Positions 27,578-35,764 of a stretch of DNA of 64,000 nucleotides are shown piece by piece. The DNA comes from Deltaproteobacteria bacterium (GTDB lineage Bacteria; Bdellovibrionota_B; Oligoflexia; Oligoflexales; Bog-1112), in contig CANJLI010000001.1 of NCBI GenBank assembly GCA_947475005.1, positions 130,819 through 194,818 on the forward strand, given 5' to 3'. How positions within the stretch are numbered: position 1 is the first letter of the stretch; each line of letters begins with the position of its first letter. Both the position numbers and the translations under genes were made by a program. The notes under the pieces are model-generated. The model searched no databases. It had not been told where the DNA came from and worked only from the letters and a program-made list of their open reading frames with translations.

Positions 27578-28333
27578 CTATTGAGTCGGACCATGTTGCG
27601 ACGCCCACGTGCTTAAGGCAATGCCTGCAGCTACGCTTACATTCAAACTCGCTACTGCAGCAGTACCCGGAATGCACAACCGCTTCGACAGGAGCGCTTC
27701 TACCGGTTTTGAAAGCCCTGTAACTTCATGCCCCAGCACCATCACTACTTTTTCAGGCAGCTTCGTCTTATACATAGACTCGGAGGCATGGCTTGAAAAG
27801 CCCACAATCGACCAGCCCATCTTCTGCATTTCCTGCAAAAACAGAGCCTTCTTCTCCACCGCAACTAGCTGAAGGGACTCGGTACCACCCTCGCTCAAGC
27901 GTATCCAAGAAGCCGACAGGCGAGGCAACTCTCCTACCTGCCCGATGAGATACGTAGCCCCAAAATGGGCCATGCTTCGAGAAATGGCACCCAAATTATG
28001 AGGATTTCCCACTCCATCGGCAAAAATAATTGGGCCCTTTGCAGGGCTTTTCTTCATCTGTTGCAAGAAGGCTTCCCCACTCAACGGCTCTGGAAACCGA
28101 GCAAGCAAGGCGAAGCCCTCATGATGCACAGACCCGGTAACCTTCTCCAAGGCCTCTGGTTCTACGATGTGGTAGGCTTTCTTCTGTGCGGCACAGGCAC
28201 GCAAAATATCTTTGCATTCTGGCATCTTAGACTGTGTACAATAAGCTCGGACCACCGATTCAGGGCGCGCCTTCCACAGGGCCAAGCAGGAACGCATCCC
28301 GTAAATTAAGAGCTCAAATGATGCTGTAGACAT
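27578..28333 (-). CDS. SpoU/TrmH-family RNA 2'-O-methyltransferase (RlmB-like)
   Basis: 251 aa. SPOUT motifs GVGNPHNLGAISRSMAHFG, VLGHEVTGLS and IPGTAAVASLNVSVAAGIAL. Confidence 0.75.
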   Translation of the reverse strand: MSTASFELLIYGMRSCLALWKARPESVVRAYCTQSKMPECKDILRACAAQKKAYHIVEPEALEKVTGSVHHEGFALLARFPEPLSGEAFLQQMKKSPAKGPIIFADGVGNPHNLGAISRSMAHFGATYLIGQVGELPRLSASWIRLSEGGTESLQLVAVEKKALFLQEMQKMGWSIVGFSSHASESMYKTKLPEKVVMVLGHEVTGLSKPVEALLSKRLCIPGTAAVASLNVSVAAGIALSTWASQHGPTQ

Positions 28334-28406
28334 AGGGTCCTCAACTGAGTGGTATTGCTTTTATCTTAACCCAAATCGAGGGCCACGAGGCATCTCTTTA
28401 GGGATA

Positions 28407-29594
28407 ATGGGTATAGCAGAAAATCGCCCTTTTTTCCTACCCAATACTTTGATACTCTCACGGCTCTTGCATCCCTTGCACACGAACGATTGGATCCTAA
28501 CTTTGCCCACTGATAAACCCAAAGTCGAACCGGCCTACAAAAGTAAAATCGAACCAGCTGTAACTAGCTGGTATCAAACCCTATTAAGCCTCGATAAGAA
28601 GCTTCGTAAAAACCCGGTACGCACCAAGGTGTTGCGACAGTGGATGGCATTCTACGGGAATGAAATCAAAGACTTGCGACTCATCTATACCAAGGGCAGG
28701 GACCAGCTGGATTTTTCCCTGCTTCAGCATGCCAGAACCGCATTTGCCTACATGCTTGGGTTCCATCTCCCTAACTTTGCTCGGGTCTACCGACTCATCG
28801 AGCGAGTAGAGCGTACCTATGGTCTTCAAGCCTACCTCGAGAAACAGACCTGTCACCTCTACGACATCGGATGCGGAACGGGGGCCTTTGCCCACGCTTT
28901 CTTAACAATTTTTCCTCTGAAAAAAGCTCGAGTCAGTTTGCTAGATCCCAATCGACACCTGCTCAAACTGGCCATGGATGTAATGAAGTCCACGGGAGCG
29001 GAGAGCAAAGCCATTCAATGCAAAGCCCATGAGCTCCGCATGCCGCAAGGCTCCGAGGAGACCTCCCTCTTCTTGTTTGGCAACGTCCTCAATCAGATTC
29101 AAAATCCCGAGAAGCGCTACACCGCATTCATCGACCAGCTCCTGATGCAAGTCAAACGCAACGCCATGGTATTCATCATCGAACCGGCAACAGAAGATTC
29201 TGCCATCGCCATGATGCGCCTGCGTGATCAACTCGTAGGCGGAGGCTTTGTACCGCTATACCCATGCCCTCACTCCATGCCATGCCCCCTGCTTGGAACA
29301 CGAGATCGTTGCTACAGCGACTTTCCGTTGCTTGCGATTCCAGAGATGAAGTGGCTGGATGAACAAACCGGCGTGAAGCGACACGTGTTCTCTGCGGCCG
29401 CCTATTGCTTTGCCTCTCCCTCTGTGGCCCAAGCCTTACAAGTAGTCCCTGCAATTCCTGTGCTCGTTGGAAAACCGATCGTGCAAGACAAAAAAGTGGG
29501 CATGCTCTGCACCCCTGCAGGTACTATCGAAAGAAAACCACTCAGTGGCTCCAAGAAAATGCGCGGAGAGAAGACAATTCTCATCGAAGTATAG
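28407..29594 (+). CDS. SAM-dependent methyltransferase, Rsm22-like
   Basis: 395 aa. LYDIGCGTGAFAHAF motif I, plus the Cys cluster CPHSMPCPL...RDRCY typical of the Rsm22 family. Confidence 0.55.
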   Translation: MGIAENRPFFLPNTLILSRLLHPLHTNDWILTLPTDKPKVEPAYKSKIEPAVTSWYQTLLSLDKKLRKNPVRTKVLRQWMAFYGNEIKDLRLIYTKGRDQLDFSLLQHARTAFAYMLGFHLPNFARVYRLIERVERTYGLQAYLEKQTCHLYDIGCGTGAFAHAFLTIFPLKKARVSLLDPNRHLLKLAMDVMKSTGAESKAIQCKAHELRMPQGSEETSLFLFGNVLNQIQNPEKRYTAFIDQLLMQVKRNAMVFIIEPATEDSAIAMMRLRDQLVGGGFVPLYPCPHSMPCPLLGTRDRCYSDFPLLAIPEMKWLDEQTGVKRHVFSAAAYCFASPSVAQALQVVPAIPVLVGKPIVQDKKVGMLCTPAGTIERKPLSGSKKMRGEKTILIEV

Positions 29595-29626
29595 TTGAGA
29601 AAGGGGATACTCCACGGGCTCTCGTC

Positions 29627-29651
29627 GGGGACACTCGCATCGGGTGTCCCC
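29627..29651. repeat. REP-like hairpin, GGGGACAC family
   Basis: ggggacac tcgcatcgg gtgtcccc: 8-bp stem and 9-nt loop, preceded by gggctctcgtc, which is shared with the 16.7-kb locus. Confidence 0.8.
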
Positions 29652-29680
29652 TCTGGAGGCTTCAGACAACTTCTTATAAT

Positions 29681-30298
29681 TTACTTATGGCAGCCTTCTA
29701 CAATTCCTCTGATAAATCCATCTTTAGACCGAGTATACTCTCCCCTCGCCTTGCCCTCTTTCCATAGAGCCATCTTCAACGCCTGATATTTTTCAACCAA
29801 GCTTTGATCCGCACGTAGTGCATCCCGAAATATCAGGAAACGATTGATGTGAGGATGCCCAGAACAAAAGACGTGCAGATGAACAAAATCCGTTGTCTCT
29901 TCGTTGTCATAGAAGGAGAAGAAATGACGATTTGGATCTGCCTCCGCTTGATTGATACGACTGACGGCATCGCCCTTATAGGTGAAGCCCAGCTTTTCAA
30001 ACCAAGGAATCGAGGCTTCGAGTTCAGATCGATTTTCAAATATTGCCAATACATCTAAAATCAGTTTTGAAGAAAGACCCGGAATGCTTGTACTCCCCAC
30101 ATGTTCAATCCGAAAGAGGAGCTCTGCAGGAAGAAAACTTTCTATTTTGTTTTTTACCCATTCAAAAGCGGCCTGCCACTCCGACTGATAGGGCTTGATA
30201 TCCACTGATTTACGCTTCATTCCTAGATGAAGCGAGGATAAATGCGCAGTAATTTCCTCTTTTGATTTTCTTCTGACTTCCTCTGTATTTAGTCCCAT
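29681..30298 (-). CDS. GrpB-family (UPF0157) nucleotidyltransferase-fold protein
   Basis: 205 aa. RIEHVGSTSIPGLSSKLILDVL matches the GrpB signature. Confidence 0.7.
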   Translation of the reverse strand: MGLNTEEVRRKSKEEITAHLSSLHLGMKRKSVDIKPYQSEWQAAFEWVKNKIESFLPAELLFRIEHVGSTSIPGLSSKLILDVLAIFENRSELEASIPWFEKLGFTYKGDAVSRINQAEADPNRHFFSFYDNEETTDFVHLHVFCSGHPHINRFLIFRDALRADQSLVEKYQALKMALWKEGKARGEYTRSKDGFIRGIVEGCHK

Positions 30299-30319
30299 CT
30301 CTTATTTCCGTTCTCGTAT

Positions 30320-30372
30320 GATTTAGCAAGATTGGGGACACCCGCATCGGGTGTCCCCAATCTTGCTAAATC
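30320..30372. terminator. Perfect 22-bp-stem palindrome of the GGGGACAC REP family. Probable bidirectional terminator downstream of the MFS gene.
   Basis: gatttagcaagattggggacac ccgcatcgg gtgtccccaatcttgctaaatc. The loop is almost identical to that of the 29.6-kb copy, and the aatcttgct arm is shared with the 20.68-kb copy. Confidence 0.7.
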
Positions 30373-30385
30373 CCATTTATTACAA

Positions 30386-31603
30386 TTATTCACAAAAATC
30401 CATATTTTTATGATAGGTCTCTGGCAAGAAAATCAAAGCAATAAAAGAAATTGAAAGACATAGAAAGCCAAGAAGAGCAGCTGCAGAAAGAATGCCAATA
30501 TACGGTTTTAGATATTGAAATAATAAGGTGATGGGCACCACCATACCTCGCACAAAATTGGGCACCGTGGTCGCAACGGTAGCTCGAAAGTTGGTGCCAA
30601 ACTCCTCTGCTGCAATGGTGACAAATACAGCCCAATATCCACTGGAAAATCCAAGAGCGATGCACAATCCGTAATAAGAAGAAACTTGAATCCCGTAAGA
30701 GATAAATAGAATACTCACCATCACAGTGGTTAAAAGTAGAAATAGAAGCATGGCTTTTTTACGAGACTGCCAAATCTGACTGATCCAACCACTTGCAAAG
30801 TCTCCAAAAATAAGTCCGAGGTAGCAAAACAAAATCGCTTTTCCGGGCGCAATCTCTCCTTGCACCTGCAAGGCTCTCGCAATTTCTGGAGAGAACGTAA
30901 TAAGAATCCCCACTACGTACCACAAGGGAACACCGATCAAGATGCAGACGAGATACCGCTTCAATCTTGCCCGTGTGGCAAAAAGATCAAAGAAATTGCT
31001 GCGTGTAAAATTGTGCGTTTGAAGTTTCTGGTACAAAGCAGACTCATGCACACCAAGTCGAAGCGCTAGGAGACATAGACCCAGCGCACCTCCCACAAAA
31101 AAATTCGTGCGCCATGGGAAATACTCTGCAAGGAGCCCAGCAAAGACAGCCCCTGAAACCCCCACCGTGGCCACGATCATGGTGGCATATCCTCGTGATT
31201 TTTGGGGGATGCTTTCTGTCACAAGCGTAATACCGGCCCCCAACTCACCTGCTAATCCGATGCCCGCAATAAAACGCCAGACAGCATAGGCTCCTACACT
31301 TTCCACAAATCCATTGGCGATGTTAGCAAGGGAGTACAGCAAGATCGAACCAAACAAAACGGAAAGCCGCCCTTTTTTATCTCCCAAGACACCCCAAAAA
31401 ATCCCACCGACGAGCATGCCTGACATTTGCATATTGAGAAGAAAGACACCTTTATCCATCAGGTCTGTGCCTGATAACCCCAAGTCTTGCAAACTACTGA
31501 TACGTACGACGCTGAATAATACGAGATCGTAGATATCTACAAAATACCCAAGCGCTGCAACAAGGACGAGTAAAGCTTGGCCCCTCAGATTTGGCATGTA
31601 CAA
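30386..31603 (-). CDS. Major facilitator superfamily transporter
   Basis: 405 aa, 12 predicted TM segments. MFS loop motif GVLGDKKGRLSVL between TM2 and TM3. Confidence 0.8.
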   Translation of the reverse strand: MYMPNLRGQALLVLVAALGYFVDIYDLVLFSVVRISSLQDLGLSGTDLMDKGVFLLNMQMSGMLVGGIFWGVLGDKKGRLSVLFGSILLYSLANIANGFVESVGAYAVWRFIAGIGLAGELGAGITLVTESIPQKSRGYATMIVATVGVSGAVFAGLLAEYFPWRTNFFVGGALGLCLLALRLGVHESALYQKLQTHNFTRSNFFDLFATRARLKRYLVCILIGVPLWYVVGILITFSPEIARALQVQGEIAPGKAILFCYLGLIFGDFASGWISQIWQSRKKAMLLFLLLTTVMVSILFISYGIQVSSYYGLCIALGFSSGYWAVFVTIAAEEFGTNFRATVATTVPNFVRGMVVPITLLFQYLKPYIGILSAAALLGFLCLSISFIALIFLPETYHKNMDFCE

Positions 31604-31683
31604 CCCCCGTAATTATGGATATATTTTTTCGAGTGTAGCATGTGTGAACAAGAAAAAAATGGGGTTTTAAAATAAAAGATCGA

Positions 31684-32478
31684 TTGCAGAAATATGAAAT
31701 CGAACACACACTCCTTTTCCATCTTCACCAGGAAATTCATATTTTAGTACGGTTGGTAACGACTGCATTGCTTTTTGAAAAAGAGCCTTCCATTTTTTTT
31801 GAAGAAAAAATTAGACACGTGGTTGAAAATCTTCTTTCTACTTTACTCCCTCTCTACGAAGAAAACCCCAACCAAAAAATTGAGGCGATCATAAATTCCC
31901 TACTTCAAGACATTCAAGACCTCGGCCCTATTTTTCATTCGGACATTGAAGCTGCACTCGACAACGATCCTGCGACAAATGATGTATTAGAAATTGTTCT
32001 TTGCTATCCAGGTTGCAAAGCGGTTCGGTATTATCGAATTGCACATATCTTTTACCGACATAAAATCCCACTATTGCCCCGCATGATTGCTGAACTTTCC
32101 CATGAGATCACCGGCATTGACATTCATCCCGGCGCCAAAATCTCAACGCATTTTTTTATTGATCATGGAACCGGTGTTGTAATAGGTGAGACTGCGGTGA
32201 TTGGGAGTCGAGTTACCCTCTATCAAGGGGTTACACTCGGCGCCAAACGCATTCCACGCGATTCGACAGGTGCGATTATTCATGGGCAAATACGGCACCC
32301 CACGATCGAAGATGGTGTGACTATTTATTCGGGGGCCACGATTCTTGGACCCATTTGCATCGGTAAACAATCGATTATTGGCGGTAACGTTTGGTTGACG
32401 GAGGATGTACCTGCCTATAGCCGCGTGACCCAACAACGCTACCACGCTTCTTCTTTCTCTCACGGAGATGGGATTTAA
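31684..32478 (+). CDS. cysE: Serine O-acetyltransferase
   Basis: [31 protein letters not shown] hexapeptide core. Adjacent to cysK. The N-terminal boundary (TTG) is uncertain. Confidence 0.8.
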   Translation: MQKYEIEHTLLFHLHQEIHILVRLVTTALLFEKEPSIFFEEKIRHVVENLLSTLLPLYEENPNQKIEAIINSLLQDIQDLGPIFHSDIEAALDNDPATNDVLEIVLCYPGCKAVRYYRIAHIFYRHKIPLLPRMIAELSHEITGIDIHPGAKISTHFFIDHGTGVVIGETAVIGSRVTLYQGVTLGAKRIPRDSTGAIIHGQIRHPTIEDGVTIYSGATILGPICIGKQSIIGGNVWLTEDVPAYSRVTQQRYHASSFSHGDGI

Positions 32479-32515
32479 TCTTCTTTTCAAAAACAGAATA
32501 CAAGGAGACTTTTTT

Positions 32516-33463
32516 ATGCTCGAACGACGCCAGCGCCCTAAGATTTCCAACAGCATTCTGGATACCATCGGCAACACCCCTCTCGTTCGTCTAACGAAGA
32601 TGGGTCGAGAATATCCGGTAGATATTCTCTTGAAGTTAGAATTTTTCAACCCTCTATCCAGCGTGAAAGATCGAATCGGACTTGCCATGATCGAAACCGC
32701 TGAAAACGAGGGGATCCTTACACCAGGGACAACGATCGTTGAGCCGACAAGTGGCAATACAGGGATTGCTTTGGCCTTTGTTGCGGCGCAAAAGGGGTAC
32801 CCTTTGATCCTCACCATGCCCGAAACCATGAGTATGGAGCGACGCAAGATGCTGAAGGCCCTAGGGGCTCAGCTGGTACTGACACCAGGTGACAAGGGTA
32901 TGAAGGGTGCCATTGCGAAGGCCGAAGAAATTAAAGCGGAGCACCCAGAATACTTCATGCCACAGCAATTCAAAAATCAGGCCAATGTACAGGTACACCA
33001 AGAAACCACAGCTCTTGAGATTTGGGACGATACCGATGGCAACGTAGACATGATCATTGCAGGCGTTGGCACAGGGGGATCGATCATCGGTACTGCCAGC
33101 GTCATCAAACAGCTCAAGCCAAGCTTTAAGGCAATTGCCGTCGAACCGAAAGATTCTCCCGTATTGTCGGGTGGCGCACCGGGGGCTCACAAAATTCAAG
33201 GGTTAGGTGCAGGATTTATACCTGAAATTATTGATGCCACACTGATTGATGAAATCATCCAAGTGTCCAACGAAGAATCAGGATACTGGGCACGCCGCCT
33301 TGCCAAAGAAGAGGGTATTTTTGCAGGGATCTCTTCCGGAGCCGCACTGGCTGCAGCTTTTCACGTAGCCAAACGAGCCGAAAACGAAGGCAAGCAAATT
33401 GTAGTCATGATTCCAAGCACAGGGGAACGATATCTCTCTACTTGGCTGTATGAGGAGGCTTGA
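32516..33463 (+). CDS. cysK: Cysteine synthase A (O-acetylserine sulfhydrylase)
   Basis: [19 protein letters not shown] (PLP lysine) and [12 protein letters not shown] motifs. AAGGAGA RBS upstream of the ATG at 32516. Confidence 0.9.
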   Translation: MLERRQRPKISNSILDTIGNTPLVRLTKMGREYPVDILLKLEFFNPLSSVKDRIGLAMIETAENEGILTPGTTIVEPTSGNTGIALAFVAAQKGYPLILTMPETMSMERRKMLKALGAQLVLTPGDKGMKGAIAKAEEIKAEHPEYFMPQQFKNQANVQVHQETTALEIWDDTDGNVDMIIAGVGTGGSIIGTASVIKQLKPSFKAIAVEPKDSPVLSGGAPGAHKIQGLGAGFIPEIIDATLIDEIIQVSNEESGYWARRLAKEEGIFAGISSGAALAAAFHVAKRAENEGKQIVVMIPSTGERYLSTWLYEEA

Positions 33464-33471
33464 ATCATCGA

Positions 33472-33558
33472 TCCTCAATAATTTCCATCTGCACACTGCG
33501 CTTTTCAACCCCTCCCAAAAAATGCCCAGCTGTAGCCATATAATTTTGGCGAGGGCCC
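33472..33558 (-). pseudogene. Orphan 3'-end fragment homologous to the C-terminus of the 34346-35341 gene
   Basis: 87 bp align without gaps to 34368-34454 with 13 mismatches counted by eye. In-frame translation ...NYMATAGHFLGGVEKRSVQMEIIEDR* versus ...NYTATAGHFLGEVEKRSAQTEIIEEIQSVLR* for the intact gene. Confidence 0.75.
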
Positions 33559-33671
33559 TACCATCTTTTGTCAATCACCAGATGTCATTATGACAAAAGG
33601 GAACCATTTATTATTGTTGGCCTTATATATTGCCATGGTAGAATCCATAGTATATACAATAGGAACAAAAA

Positions 33672-33938
33672 ATGCAATTTCAACTTACAAATACAGATGG
33701 AAAAATCGAAAAAATCCTGAAGGAAAGAGGCGTTAATCTTCTAGATATTAAGGAAAAATTAGACCAGGGAGATTGGCTGGCTGTATATAAACACCCCTCT
33801 CGAGACGAACAAATCATTTACGTTGTGGAAATAGATCATTATTGTTGGCTTGTTCCTGTTGTAAAGGAAGATCTTACAATCAAGACTGCTTTTCCATCTA
33901 GAAAAATGACAAAGAAATATGTAGGAAACAGACCATGA
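33672..33938 (+). CDS. Type II toxin, BrnT-like (small RNase-type toxin family)
   Basis: 88 aa. ATGA-overlapped with a BrnA/RHH-type antitoxin gene. AT-rich cassette. The family assignment of the toxin itself is tentative. Confidence 0.55.
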   Translation: MQFQLTNTDGKIEKILKERGVNLLDIKEKLDQGDWLAVYKHPSRDEQIIYVVEIDHYCWLVPVVKEDLTIKTAFPSRKMTKKYVGNRP

Positions 33939-34279
33939 AAAAGAAAAAAATGAACACCTCAATTCTCGTTGAGGGGGATGAAATAGCAAAATCATTTGAA
34001 AAAAACCATGAGGCTTGGGAGAGCGTTTCTCAAGAAGAACAAGATGAACTTAGAAAACGCCTTCGGCCTTCACGAGAAAAAAGAATTTCAATTCGAATTT
34101 CTACTGAGGTGCTACATAAAATTCAAGAAATCGCAGATGCAGAAGGTATGCCGTACCAAACCCTTATTAACAGCCACCTTCATAAGCTAGCTACAGCGAA
34201 ATCTGACTTTGATGCATTAGAAAAAAAAGTAAAATTCTTATCGGAAGAAATCACAGAAATAAAAAGGAAGATTGCCTAG
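33935..34279 (+). CDS. BrnA-like antitoxin (CopG/RHH DNA-binding)
   Basis: 114 aa. C-terminal RISIRISTEVLHKIQEIADAEGMPYQTLINSHLHKLA matches the BrnA/COG3514-type ribbon-helix-helix signature. Confidence 0.7.
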   Translation: MKKKKMNTSILVEGDEIAKSFEKNHEAWESVSQEEQDELRKRLRPSREKRISIRISTEVLHKIQEIADAEGMPYQTLINSHLHKLATAKSDFDALEKKVKFLSEEITEIKRKIA

Positions 34280-34345
34280 TAACGGGTGGATGATTTCCTC
34301 TGTTCGTCATCCCTCGCTGTAGCGAAGGATCTCCCAACGTGGAGA

Positions 34346-35341
34346 TCATCGCAATACAGACTGGATCTCCTCGATAATCTCCGTCTGTGCACTGCGCTTT
34401 TCCACCTCTCCCAAAAAATGCCCAGCTGTAGCCGTGTAATTTCGGTGTGTGCCCTCAATGTAGGCCACTTGTGCCCAAGTAGGGAGATTGATAAAAACAA
34501 AAGCCAAGTAAGAGATATCGGCCTCCATTAGCTTTGCCAACACTTTCTTAGCTCCTTCGGACAATGCAGTGGTACGAGAGACTGCATAGTAGAACAGGAT
34601 ATCCACTTGAGAACCTACGATGGGCATCGGATGGGTTACCAAATGTTCAAAAATCCGAGAGCAAGTCAACAAATCCACATGCACCAAATTGAGCTGACGC
34701 AATTCCTCAGGAGAAGCCAATGCGAGATAGCTCAAAAAATCCTCTGCTGCACGACTTGGCATCAGCGTAGCCATGGCCTCTGCAAAGGCTGGGTGATGCA
34801 CGGTAAACAGCCCCTTCTTTACAATCGTGTACGCAGTAACAAGCCGATTGCTTGCTACCGCTTGTGCCATCTCTGGAAATAGATCATCGGACAAAGTGTC
34901 CTCTTTCAAATCTTCTGTCAGCCTACGATCGATTTCCTTTGCCATCAAATCTCCCGGCAACGATGCTGCCAAACGCCAGGCCAGCCGTTGTGCATGGGGG
35001 CGCTCACTTCGCACCAAAATCGCAAAGAGCTTATGCGGCTCTGCATGATTGAGGCTTTGATACAATCGCATCGCATTCACCAAACTATTAGCGGGCCACA
35101 GCAAAAAATTCTTTCCAATCAAATGAAACAATTCATTTCCAGCTTGGGTTTTCTCTTTTCGCTTCTGCAGCAAACGCCTTACATGCTCCAAGGTTTCATC
35201 CCCAAAGGTAATCGCAGCTTCCAATGCTTCCGCTCGGGGCATGGCAGAGGTGATGACGGGTGGTTTTTTCTCTTCGGATTGAAAAGAAACACACTGGGTC
35301 AAAAAAGCCGACATAATTGCAACTGCGAAAACTCTTTTCAT
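34346..35341 (-). CDS. Hypothetical lipoprotein (alpha-helical)
   Basis: 331 aa. Signal peptide with lipobox-like LTQC. 4-nt overlap with the upstream 139-aa gene. Confidence 0.5.
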   Translation of the reverse strand: MKRVFAVAIMSAFLTQCVSFQSEEKKPPVITSAMPRAEALEAAITFGDETLEHVRRLLQKRKEKTQAGNELFHLIGKNFLLWPANSLVNAMRLYQSLNHAEPHKLFAILVRSERPHAQRLAWRLAASLPGDLMAKEIDRRLTEDLKEDTLSDDLFPEMAQAVASNRLVTAYTIVKKGLFTVHHPAFAEAMATLMPSRAAEDFLSYLALASPEELRQLNLVHVDLLTCSRIFEHLVTHPMPIVGSQVDILFYYAVSRTTALSEGAKKVLAKLMEADISYLAFVFINLPTWAQVAYIEGTHRNYTATAGHFLGEVEKRSAQTEIIEEIQSVLR

Positions 35342-35757
35342 GTTTCATCCAATCGAAAATAAAGAGGGAGTTCTTTTTCTATTTGTTGAATCAGCGCTGC
35401 AGGTGCTGCTGGTACTGTGCATAGTCGCAAATGGCAAATTCGATTTTCACCCAATTGGCTAAACCGCACGGTTGAAATCCCTAGTTGCTGATGCAGATGA
35501 AACAAGGCAGTTCCATCGAGCACACACAAGGCTTCGTGTCTGCTGCTTGGCACAGCCCCTTCAACGGGAATCGCGAAAGCAGCTGCAAATCGAAGCACGT
35601 AGCGAGTGGGCCGATCCACCCGGCGCAACATAGCATCCGGGGCACGTACACACCAGCGAACAAATCGAAGCTGGTTTTGGGTATACAACAATATCGCAAT
35701 CAGGAAGACGAAAGCGCCCCCCGCGAAAGAATGAACAATCAGGGTAAGAAGATCCAA
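35338..35757 (-). CDS. Hypothetical membrane protein
   Basis: 139 aa. One N-terminal TM (FAGGAFVFLIAILLY). Lies between the hydroxylase and lipoprotein genes on the same strand. Confidence 0.4.
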   Translation of the reverse strand: MDLLTLIVHSFAGGAFVFLIAILLYTQNQLRFVRWCVRAPDAMLRRVDRPTRYVLRFAAAFAIPVEGAVPSSRHEALCVLDGTALFHLHQQLGISTVRFSQLGENRICHLRLCTVPAAPAALIQQIEKELPLYFRLDET

Positions 35758-35764
35758 TCGTGCC

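Noticed and set aside
26632-29594. Clustering of three RNA methyltransferase genes (RlmM-like, TrmH-like, Rsm22-like) as a functional system
   Set aside because: The genes are on different strands with separate promoters, and each belongs to a common housekeeping family. There is no evidence of more than coincidental adjacency.
32143-32847. 234-aa minus-strand ORF spanning the cysE/cysK junction
   Set aside because: It is antisense to two strongly supported genes (cysE, cysK), and its product has no recognisable features.
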